This document shows, in pieces, positions 55,053-64,000 of a DNA stretch of 64,000 nt (positions are counted from its first letter, which is position 1; each line of letters starts with the position of its first letter). Under the pieces are notes generated by a model that did not search any database, was not told the origin of the DNA, and saw only the letters and a list, made by a program, of their open reading frames with translations. The stretch comes from Diplonema japonicum (taxonomy: Eukaryota > Protista > Euglenozoa: Diplonemea). Location: the NCBI GenBank assembly GCA_964019335.1, contig OZ025763.1:1-64000 (forward strand). The letters run 5' to 3'. The position numbers and the translations under genes were made by a program.

Positions 55053-57179
55053 CCATATTTTTATTCACCTGACTAGCTCGCGGAGAAGGGCCAAGAGAAT
55101 GCGATAGCAAAAGGGGGGAGCACAGCTTTCCCTGGCAAAGCTATGTTGAGGGTGCACACGGGGACCGATAGTCCTTGAGCTTGCACCTCTCCCACGTAAT
55201 ATTTCTCGCCCAGATGCCAATCTCCTCTGCGACGCGATTTTTGTGTGAATTTCTTTCTGAATAGTGGGCACCCCTGTCACGATCACTGATGTGCCAATGC
55301 TACCAGAACCTGAGACTGCTGGCAAGGAAGGTAGAAGACCCAAAGTAAAAACCATTCTTTTTTTTTTTTTATCATGGTATTATTACCACGGGACCAGCTG
55401 AAAATAGGCTGTTTGTTTCAACAATATTATTGTCGAGACTAAAAACTAGGTGATGGCGGCGTCATGAGCTATTTTATTAGGGTAAAATTCCGCTCGTTGT
55501 GCACAAGCAACTAATAGAATTTGATAGCTATTAAATTAAAATCCAAAAAAAAAAAAGAAGGGAAAAAAAAGAAAAAAAGAAAACAAAAGACCCGGTTTTT
55601 GAGGTCAATTGTACTTATTTTCTTTTTTTTTTTTGGAAAAAGAAGTGAAGGAAGAAGACCTTTTTGAAATTTTTTCGAAAAGATTACCCCCCCCCTTTTT
55701 TTGAAAAATAAGGGAGTGTGATAGAAAGGGAGGGGGGGAAGATTATTAAGTATCTTTTTAGTCAAACTTTTCCCCGCTTCCCTTTTCTCTTCCCCTTCTA
55801 TTGCAAAAAAATGAGTCTTTGACACAGTTTCACTCTATTTCTTGTTTCTTCTCACACAACCCTGTCATGGAGGAGAGAAAAAAAGAAAAAGAAAAAAGAA
55901 GGGGGGGGAAAAAAAAAGAAAAAAGAAATTGTAGCAGATGTATGAACACGCATAGTCACATCCCTGTTCTGAAACTATTCTTACATATTAGCCGGGGGGG
56001 GGTGTCTTTTTTTTTTCCCCCTCCGATTTTATCATATCCGAAGAGTAGTAGCGACTGAAGCAGTCGAAAAGAGGGGAAAAGACGAATGCTTGAAAGAAGG
56101 AAAAAGAGAAAAAAAAAAGAAAAAAAAAAGAATATCTATTTGATTTTATGGGAAAAAGAGTAAAGTACCACTGTGCTTAAGCTGCCAAACAACCAGCAAA
56201 GCTTGTGGGAAGAGAACACCAGTACGGTCATGAACCAGGTAAGCGAAAAAGAAGTGGAATTCTTAAGCCCTCATCGAATTTTCTAGGCAATCCTGTCACA
56301 TACTGCAGATTCCCTTCAAGACACCTTTGTTGATTTTTGGCCTCTTTTCTCTGACGCCCATTTCTAGCCAAAAGTCCCTTTAGAGGGAATCCAGAAAAAT
56401 AAAATTTAAAAAGAAAAAAAAAAAAAAAAAGAGAAATAATGAGCGACACGACACGATTTTTCCGTTTTATCGTGCATTTCCCTTTTCTTGATGTCCTATT
56501 TTTTATAAAAAGAAGAAAAAAAAAAGGAAAGAAAAAGAAAAACGACCCAGCTTCTTCAAAAGTGTTTTGTGCTTTTTTAACACCTTTTGAGGTGAGCTTT
56601 TAAAGAGAGATTTATTTCTCTCTTTATTTCTAGTATTTCTTTTTTTTTTTTTCTCCTTCTTATTTGTATTTTTCTGTCATACCTTTCTTCCCCATTTTCT
56701 CACACCCCCGCACAATGGGCATCCCCAATTGCCCCGTTTCCTGAAATTAAAAAAAAAAAAAAAAAATAATAAGAAGCAAAGCACAGCTGCGTTTCTTTTC
56801 TTTTTTTTTTTTTTTTTATTTGAATCAGATGATACCCATTTCCTCTCTCCCCCCCTCATACCCCCTTGCCTTCCTACATAAGGTGGGTTCGTTCCTGACC
56901 ACTTTATCAAAGTGAGGAAGGGAGAAGAAAAAAAAACATCTTTCTCTTAAGATTTTTTATTTTTATATGTCCGTACTTCTTAAGTCTTTTAATAATTCGG
57001 GTGAAAAAAAGAAAAAAAGAAAAGAAAAAAAAAGAAAACATTTGATCAGGGGAGGTGGGGGAATCTTTTTTATTCAAAAAAAAAAAAAAAAAAAAAAGTG
57101 GTAGAATATTTTCTTTTTTTTTTTTTTTTTTTTTTTTTTGAACCGACAACAAAAAAAAAAAAAAAAACAGGGCAGCAAA

Positions 57180-57212
<33 letters not shown>

Positions 57213-57238
57213 ATACCAAAAAGACACCGGTTGCGAAC

Positions 57239-59065
57239 ATGAGTACAACGGAAACGCCCCTTCTCCTGTCAGAGGCCAGCGGGTCGGGGTCTACTATTGG
57301 TGCGGCAGAACACAACACCCCAAATATGAACAACATTATGCTGAAGAATAAATCGCGAGCAAGCTTCGGAGATGTGAGAATGAGCCGCTTCTCTCGAAGC
57401 GAGGACGGTGAGAACGACGACGACAGCTATGAGGAAAGACCCGGCCTCAGCGAGAGCAGAAAGCGAACCCAACGGCAAAACGCCATTTTGATGGAAAGCG
57501 GGATCGACATCCACCGCCTTAGAGCCGCATTCTCCCGTCTCGACGTGCAAGGAGACGGTGGACTAGAACTTTTTGAATTCAGGTGTATGTGGGCCGCTGT
57601 GTTTCCACAACGACCATTGGACCAAGACGCATGGAAGACCACGGAAAAAATGTTCACAGAAATGGACGTGGATGGTTCAGGGGTCATTACCTTTGAAGAG
57701 ATCATTAAATACCTTGAGATCAACCGAAAACGCGAGCTGCAAAAATACAAAATCCCCTCGACTGCAAGAGAATGGGTCTGGCAATTCGTGGGTAACAACA
57801 ACATTTCACGGTCATGGATGGCTTTCGCATCACTTCACATTAAAGTATGTATATACGCGTGGCGTTCGGTCTCGCAATGCCTTATGCTTTTGAGTGTTGT
57901 GATAATATTTATCGAATCCCTCCCGATGTATCAAAGCGAGAGCGAATACCCAGGGACGAAGGTTACTTTCCTATTAGATGTTATTTGCAACACGTTTTTC
58001 ACGGTGGAATTTATATTGTGGATTTTCTCGTTCCCCTCGCCCGCACCCGTTGTCGAACAAGCTGGATCTGTCGAAGATTTTGATGATAAAGCGGAAACAA
58101 AAACCGCGTATCAATGTGTCAACCCGGCAATTGTTTGGCAAGGTTCGTTTTGGATGGAAGCTCTGGCGCTGCTGTCGTTTTATAGAAGGCTGCTCAACTT
58201 TGATCACAGCTTGCCAACGAGGAGTTTTGCGATTTTTCGGATGTTTCGGATAATGCGGGCGGTGAGGGCGTTGAGGAATTTCACGAAACGAAGCGCGATG
58301 TCGCGTGCACCGGAACTTGGAAGGGCATTGAAGAAAAGCTTTTTGTCGCTTTTATTTCTGTTCATCTTGCTTTTCATTGTCGTGACCGTCTCGTCAGCAA
58401 TCATGTTTTTTGCCGAACAACACGAAGCAAGTTTCGATGCCTCCTCATCAAAATGGGTGAGAAACAACAATTCTCAGTACAACGACGCAGGCGAACCCAC
58501 CTCATTTCAGTCTATACCCGATGCACTGTGGTGGAGCATTGTGACTGTTACAACAGTTGGTTACGGTGATAAAGTCCCAAGCACCATTCCTGGAAAGATC
58601 GTTGCCGGGTTCACAATGCTTGCTGGGTTAGTGGTTATGTCCTTCCCCATCACCATACTTACGTCTACGTTTCAAGCGATGGAAGCCGATAGGCAAGACC
58701 GCGAGACTAGGCTGTTTGAGTGCGCAGAATTCTACGAAGGTATTAAGAAATGGCTGGATACCGGTGGGGTCATCAAAAAAACGCCTTCGCTGTCGAGCGT
58801 GCGGCTTCGCAAGGAATCCATGAACGTTTCTTCGCCCATGTGTAACGGTGGTGCGCGTGTATCTTTTTCTGGTGGTGAGGCCGAGCAGCTTTCTGTTGTT
58901 CTTGAAGCTGTGCTTTCCAAGAATATACAGTCGCTCGAGGCGCGGCTTGTCAAGGAGATTTCTATGATAGGGAACAGGGTAGCGTCGCTTGAGGTGCAGG
59001 TGGAACAACAACGGAAGGCGGCGGCGGTTAATAAGAGAGGCAACCCAACCAGCTTCGATTTGTAA
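57239..59065 (+). CDS. Six-TM voltage-gated-type K+ channel with N-terminal EF-hand pair
   Basis: EF loops 'DVQGDGGLELFE' and 'DVDGSGVITFEE', S4 'FRMFRIMRAVRALR' and pore 'WWSIVTVTTVGYGD'. Confidence 0.92.
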   Translation: MSTTETPLLLSEASGSGSTIGAAEHNTPNMNNIMLKNKSRASFGDVRMSRFSRSEDGENDDDSYEERPGLSESRKRTQRQNAILMESGIDIHRLRAAFSRLDVQGDGGLELFEFRCMWAAVFPQRPLDQDAWKTTEKMFTEMDVDGSGVITFEEIIKYLEINRKRELQKYKIPSTAREWVWQFVGNNNISRSWMAFASLHIKVCIYAWRSVSQCLMLLSVVIIFIESLPMYQSESEYPGTKVTFLLDVICNTFFTVEFILWIFSFPSPAPVVEQAGSVEDFDDKAETKTAYQCVNPAIVWQGSFWMEALALLSFYRRLLNFDHSLPTRSFAIFRMFRIMRAVRALRNFTKRSAMSRAPELGRALKKSFLSLLFLFILLFIVVTVSSAIMFFAEQHEASFDASSSKWVRNNNSQYNDAGEPTSFQSIPDALWWSIVTVTTVGYGDKVPSTIPGKIVAGFTMLAGLVVMSFPITILTSTFQAMEADRQDRETRLFECAEFYEGIKKWLDTGGVIKKTPSLSSVRLRKESMNVSSPMCNGGARVSFSGGEAEQLSVVLEAVLSKNIQSLEARLVKEISMIGNRVASLEVQVEQQRKAAAVNKRGNPTSFDL

Positions 59066-59801
59066 AAAAAAAAATAAAAAAAAAAAAAGTTTTTTTTTCT
59101 CTTCCAGAATTAGTACCTTATGCAACATGTTGTCGGAAAGAAAAAGAAGAGGGGGAAAAAAAAAAGAAAGAAAGCATAAAAGAAAGTTTTTTTTTGTTGT
59201 ATGAATGAAAGAAAGTAGAGTTCACATTTTCTTCACCATTTTTTTTTTTTTTTTGGATTTAGTTTTCGTTTTGGTGGGGGAGGGGGGGGGGGGGGGGGGG
59301 TTTGTTCGTTATCTGTTACTCTCGCTTCTCTCTTTCCTCTCTTTTTTTTTTTTTTTTTTTTTGGTTGGTCACACCGATAGTCCAGAAGAAGCTGTTTCCT
59401 AAATTTTTTTTTTTTAACATTTACTGTAAAATGAAAAAAAGTGCCAGAGTGCCCGACATTTTCTATTCTTTTTGTGAATATCCCCCCCTTCTCTCTCTCC
59501 TACCCCCTCTCCCGTTACTTTTTTAGGGAGGAAAGGGTTGCAACTAACACTCCCCCCCCCCCCCCCCCCAACTATTGTCTTTGCTAAACAAAATAAAAAA
59601 AAAGAGATGTGACAACTTGTTGATTAAACCTTGTACTCTTCTTCCCCCTTATCCACAGTGGTTCTATTTCTCTCTTTTTTGTTCTCTTGCAAGGCACCCA
59701 TGACACTCGTGTTACAGTTTCCCCCCCTCAGCCATAGTTTTGTCACACGTGAAAGGAAGAAGAAGAACACCAGGGGAAAAAACTGGGTAGGGGGGGAGAG
59801 C

Positions 59802-59846
<45 letters not shown>

Positions 59847-60334
59847 CCGTCAGTTAGAATTTACCCGAATCGTGTATTTTTTTTTTGAGGGGGAAACACT
59901 TCACGGTTACTAAAAGAAAAAACTTTTTTTTTTCCCACCGTCGCCGTTGTAAAGACTCCTTCTGCTTTGACAGATTTTGGGTGGAAAGAAAAAAAAGTTT
60001 TTCTTTCGCCGTGAACAGTGTTCCCCCGCCCCATCCCCCCCTCCCTTTTTTGTTAGAAAGCCCTTGGTCCCTTTGTTGCTCTCTTTGGTGCTTTCCCGCC
60101 TTTCTTCTTCTTCTTCTTCTTCCCCTTCTGCATCAAAAAGAAACACAGAAAGAAAAAAAAAAAGAAAAGAAACATTTGGATTGGGGAAAAGAAAGAAAAA
60201 AACAAACAAAAACAAAAAAAGAAATCACTTCTTTGAAACCGCTTCCCATTTCCTCAACAAATCCCTCTTTCCCCTCCTTTTTCTAAGTTGCCGCACACAC
60301 ACACACACAGGCAGCTCTGGCGGGTGGTGGGGAA

Positions 60335-61111
60335 ATGCTGCCGAACATGCTCCAGAGGGGGAGCAAGGACATAATTTCATGCATAACTTTAGATATAACA
60401 GGAACGGTGTTGGGGCTGAAGGACCCGGTAGGGAAGGTGTACTGCGGCATAGCAGAGAAGGTGGCAGACGGCGCATGGGCTGTGCCAACAGAAAATGAGA
60501 TGCAAGAAAATTTCCCCAAAGCATATAAAAGCGCATTGAAGAGGTACCCTTGTTTTGGGCACAGCGCTGGGCTGAGCGCAAGGCAGTGGTGGGAGGTGGT
60601 GGTCCGTGATTCCTTTCTAAAATGCGGGTGTCCGTTCCCAACAGAAACTGCCTTTCAGAAAACTTTCATGAAAATCTACCAGCACTACGGCTCTAAAGAG
60701 GGATACAGCCTCTACCCAGACGTGGTCCCCCTCATCACCATGGCACATGAGAACAGCATCAGCCTTGGAGTTATATCCAACAACACAGACCGTATAGTGA
60801 CCGATACTCTCCCCATGCTCGGTCTTCATGAGCATTTCTCATTCTCTCTTACCAGCCATGTGAGGGGCTACTCCAAGCCCTCTTCCTTTATCTTTGATGA
60901 GGCGTCGAAGCTTTCCTCCCAGCCCCCCGCCTCCATTCTTCACATCGGTGACACATTCTCTGCGGATTATGAGGGTGCCGTTGCAGCGGGGATGAAAGCG
61001 CTTTATTTAAACCGGTCGGGGACAGGCCCCCCAGCGGAGCACCCAGACGCGTACACCATCTCATCCTTGGACGAGGTGGCTGGACTGCTGTTCGGCTCTA
61101 CTGTTGCGTGA
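60335..61111 (+). CDS. HDHD3: HAD-superfamily hydrolase, HDHD3/REG-2-like, paralog 1
   Basis: Motif I 'LDITGT', II 'GVISN', III 'SKP..FIF' and IV 'HIGD...DYEGA..AG'. Confidence 0.82.
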   Translation: MLPNMLQRGSKDIISCITLDITGTVLGLKDPVGKVYCGIAEKVADGAWAVPTENEMQENFPKAYKSALKRYPCFGHSAGLSARQWWEVVVRDSFLKCGCPFPTETAFQKTFMKIYQHYGSKEGYSLYPDVVPLITMAHENSISLGVISNNTDRIVTDTLPMLGLHEHFSFSLTSHVRGYSKPSSFIFDEASKLSSQPPASILHIGDTFSADYEGAVAAGMKALYLNRSGTGPPAEHPDAYTISSLDEVAGLLFGSTVA

Positions 61112-61183
61112 CAACTTTTTTTTTTTTTTTTTTAATCCCCCAAAAAAAAATCAAAGGGAAAAAAAAAAAAAAAAAAAAAAGAA

Positions 61184-61951
61184 ATGGGGTTCACAATGAC
61201 GCAAGGTGGGAGGACAGACGAGATAAAGCACATCACCATGGACATATCGGGCACGCTGATCAACCTGAACGGTGAGGTAGGGGAGGTGTACTGCAAGATC
61301 GCGAGAAACGTCGCTGGCGGCAAGTGGGAGGTCCCTGCGGACGAGGTGCTTCAAGCCAAGTTCATCGAAGCCATTGTACAAACAGGGTTTGTGAAGCACC
61401 CCTGTTTCGGACACGCGGAGGGAATGTGTGCCAGACAGTGGTGGGAAGCCGTTGTCCGAGACGCCTTCACAAGGTGCGGGTGGACCTTTCCAACAGAAGT
61501 GGACTTCCAGAAGACCTTCATGAGGATCTACCAGCACTACGCCACGCCCGCTGCCTTCAGTGTCACTGACGACGTGCTACCTTTCTTGAGGTGGGCACAG
61601 GAAAACAATGTCAGCATAGGTGCTGTGTCCAACAACACAGACCGAATCGTGACCGATACTCTCCCCATGCTCGGTCTTCATGAGTACTTCTCGTTTTTCG
61701 TGACTAGTCATGTCCTTGGACATGCGAAGCCTTCTGCTTCGATATTTGCCGAGGGTATTAAGTACGCTGGCGTGCCTGCGGAAAACATCCTACACATAGG
61801 AGATACCTTTGACAATGACTACAAGGGTGCGCGGGATGCAGGCATGAAGGCCCTCCACCTCGACAGGTCTGGCAACCTTCCCGAGGACCCAGAGGCACAT
61901 CCTTTCACTGTCGCATCTCTGTCACAGGTCGTTGGGAAGATCTCGGGATAA
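61184..61951 (+). CDS. HDHD3: HAD-superfamily hydrolase, HDHD3/REG-2-like, paralog 2
   Basis: 'MDISGT', 'GAVSN', 'AKP..SIF' and 'HIGD...DYKGA..AG'; tandem duplicate. Confidence 0.82.
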   Translation: MGFTMTQGGRTDEIKHITMDISGTLINLNGEVGEVYCKIARNVAGGKWEVPADEVLQAKFIEAIVQTGFVKHPCFGHAEGMCARQWWEAVVRDAFTRCGWTFPTEVDFQKTFMRIYQHYATPAAFSVTDDVLPFLRWAQENNVSIGAVSNNTDRIVTDTLPMLGLHEYFSFFVTSHVLGHAKPSASIFAEGIKYAGVPAENILHIGDTFDNDYKGARDAGMKALHLDRSGNLPEDPEAHPFTVASLSQVVGKISG

Positions 61952-62314
61952 AGGGAGGTTTTTTTTCAGTGTCAGGCGTCCTGTCACATACCGCAGGTAC
62001 CCTTAAATGTCTCTTTTTTTTTTTTTTTTTTTTTTTTGACAACGACAGGGGTTTTAGCTCCCCCCCCCCCAACGTAAAAATCTGGGTCGGTGTTAAAAAG
62101 AGTAGTGGTGGGAATTGTTGGGATGTGCGCCTCATGCTAGGCATAAAACTCTGAACAGAGACCTTGCACATTTTGTGAACAAAGTCACATTATTTTTTTT
62201 CCACGGACCGAAAAAGTTTCTCTTTCCCCCTATTCCCCCCCCCCCCCCCCCCTCCTTAAAATTGAAATTTCCATCCAGAAAAGAAGCGAGAGAGAAAAAA
62301 AAAAAAAAAGGAAA

Positions 62315-64000
62315 ATGAATGAGAATTTCAACAACGGGCAACAACAGCAACACCAGCAGCAAGCTTGGAATGTGCAGCAACCACAGCAGCAACAGCAGTG
62401 GGGCGGGCAGCAGCAACAAGGGATGATGCAGCAACCGCCAGTGCACATGCAGATGCCCCAGCCGCAGGGGCCCGAGTACCAAACAGGGTACCAGCAGGCA
62501 GTGCGTGACATGAGCGGGGGCCGGAGCACAGGGTCGCAAGCTGCCATGGCCCTCCTGAACATGGGGTTGTTTCTTGGGGTGCCGCTGTACTTCTTGTACA
62601 GGATGAACAAGGGCGCGTCTGGTCCCGGTGGGTCAAAGATGATGTCGCAAATGATGGAGCAGATGAACCCCATCCAGAAGCGCAACTTCCAAGTCCAGGT
62701 AAAGGACACAAAGTTTAAAGACGTCATCGGCATCAACGAGGCAAAGGAGGAGATCCAAGAATATGTGGACTTCTTGAAAAACCCAAAGCAGTACACCGAC
62801 CTCGGTGCCAAGCTCCCAAGGGGCGCACTGCTGACAGGCAAACCAGGGACAGGCAAGACCCTGATGGCAAAAGCAGTAGCAGGGGAGAGCGACGTCGCGT
62901 TCTTCTCCGCAGGCGGGAGCGACTTCATCGAGATCTTCGGAGGAAGCGGGCCCAAGAGGGTCAGGGAACTATTCGCAGAGGCGAAGAAGAACTCCCCCGC
63001 TGTGATTTTCATCGACGAACTGGACGCAGTGGGCTCAAAGAGAAGCTCGGGAGGCGACCAAGGCATCGGCGGCGAAGAAAACCGCACCACCAACGCACTC
63101 CTTAACGAGATGGACGGCATGACCACAGACGACACCGTCGTTGTCTTCGCAGCCACTAACCACCCCGAAGCCCTTGACACAGCGCTGACCAGAGCAGGCC
63201 GTTTCGATCGTAAAATCAACATCCCTGTTCCCGATGAGCCAGCACGGAAGGACCTCTTTAGCTATTACCTTGACAAGGTTGTCACTGCTAACAATTTCGA
63301 GGAGAAGGCGGAAGCGTTGGAGAAGCAGCGGAAGGAAACCGCCGAGAAGGAAAAGGCGAAGGAAACCGGGAAGAAACAAAAACAAGAGGACCTGGAGAAA
63401 CTGGAGAAACAGCTGAAGGAGCTCGAGGAGGCGAAGGAGAAGAAGCCGAATCAGGAGGCGATGGAGGACATCTTGCGGAAGGCGATCCGCGAGCGGAAGC
63501 AAGACGTGGAGGTTGAGAAGCACAACGTGAACGCGTGCAAAACACCACCAACAGAACAGGACAAAGCAGAGGCGAAACAAATGGCGGAGAAGCTCTCCGA
63601 GAGAACACCCGGCATCACCCCAGCAACAATTGCAACAGTAGTCAACGAGGCAGCCATTGTAGCAGCAAGGAACGCAGCAAGCTTTGTGAAACCAGCCCAC
63701 GTCACCGAGGCCTTGGACAACGTCCTCATCGGGAAAAAACACAGGTCGCGGATGTCAGCACCAGCATTGAAGCGAGTGGCGTATCACGAAGCAGGGCATA
63801 CCCTTGCACAGTGGATGCTTGCAACTCAGTCATCTGTTGTTAAGGTGTCCATTGTGCCCCGTGGACGGGCAGGGGGGTACACGCAGTTCAAGCAGCGTGA
63901 GGAGCTTGACCCCCAGTCGCAGAAGTTCCTCACCGACCAGATCGTTGTTCTCCTCGGTGGACGGTGTGCTGAGAAGATTTTCTTCAACGACTACACAACG
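62315..64000 (+). CDS. ftsH: FtsH/m-AAA ATP-dependent Zn metalloprotease (3'-incomplete)
   Basis: Not in the ORF track because it runs off the window. From ATG 62315: Gln-rich N-terminus, one TM, 'FKDVIG', Walker A GKPGTGKT, Walker B IFIDE, 'ATN.P..LD.AL.R.GRFDR' and AYHEAGH. Confidence 0.92.
   Translation, partial: MNENFNNGQQQQHQQQAWNVQQPQQQQQWGGQQQQGMMQQPPVHMQMPQPQGPEYQTGYQQAVRDMSGGRSTGSQAAMALLNMGLFLGVPLYFLYRMNKGASGPGGSKMMSQMMEQMNPIQKRNFQVQVKDTKFKDVIGINEAKEEIQEYVDFLKNPKQYTDLGAKLPRGALLTGKPGTGKTLMAKAVAGESDVAFFSAGGSDFIEIFGGSGPKRVRELFAEAKKNSPAVIFIDELDAVGSKRSSGGDQGIGGEENRTTNALLNEMDGMTTDDTVVVFAATNHPEALDTALTRAGRFDRKINIPVPDEPARKDLFSYYLDKVVTANNFEEKAEALEKQRKETAEKEKAKETGKKQKQEDLEKLEKQLKELEEAKEKKPNQEAMEDILRKAIRERKQDVEVEKHNVNACKTPPTEQDKAEAKQMAEKLSERTPGITPATIATVVNEAAIVAARNAASFVKPAHVTEALDNVLIGKKHRSRMSAPALKRVAYHEAGHTLAQWMLATQSSVVKVSIVPRGRAGGYTQFKQREELDPQSQKFLTDQIVVLLGGRCAEKIFFNDYTT

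Noticed and set aside
55065-55500. Complex-sequence island with a 96-aa minus-strand ORF
   Set aside because: No motif, no second copy and against the array orientation; possibly a TE relic but unsupported.
62230-63742. Long minus-strand ORFs (330 and 235 aa)
   Set aside because: Antisense shadows of the + strand FtsH gene; the same applies to minus-strand ORFs over the other genes.
2738-64000. Alternative genetic code or non-canonical intron boundaries
   Set aside because: TAA, TAG and TGA all terminate genes, and every reconstructed intron is GT-AG.

Overview
Eukaryotic genomic window, most likely euglenozoan (diplonemid-like, by inference). All ~24 supportable protein genes lie on the + strand as one co-directional array, and intergenic DNA is dominated by A/T/C/G homopolymers; there is a 200-N gap at 44125-44324. 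Genes: DAP3/mS29, RCL1, a 56-aa small ORF, ARPC4, a NOA1/YqeH-type GTPase, a TM9SF protein, a PUF protein, an amidohydrolase_2, four tandem divergent lipoxygenase-like genes, a Gln/Pro-rich membrane protein, a PIP-box protein, an EGF/mucin/multi-TM surface protein, an EF-hand K+ channel, two HDHD3-like HAD hydrolases, an FtsH/m-AAA protease running off the window end, and several hypotheticals. I reconstructed 15 GT-AG cis-introns; 14 are 37-63 nt and A-rich, with no polypyrimidine tract. Mobile DNA: a 5'-truncated non-LTR retrotransposon with an intact RT ORF plus two remnants; two copies of a ~325-nt non-coding element whose first ~134 nt fold into a complete HDV-like ribozyme; two related hairpin/sub-TIR DNA element families, one nested inside the other; and a TIR element. 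Top leads are (1) the HDV-ribozyme-headed element and its T-tract-flanked, co-oriented retroelement neighbours, (2) the poly(A) micro-introns contrasted with poly(Y) intergenic acceptors, and (3) the membrane-anchored lipoxygenase-like array with Mn-LOX-type His spacing. Homopolymer lengths may be affected by sequencing error.
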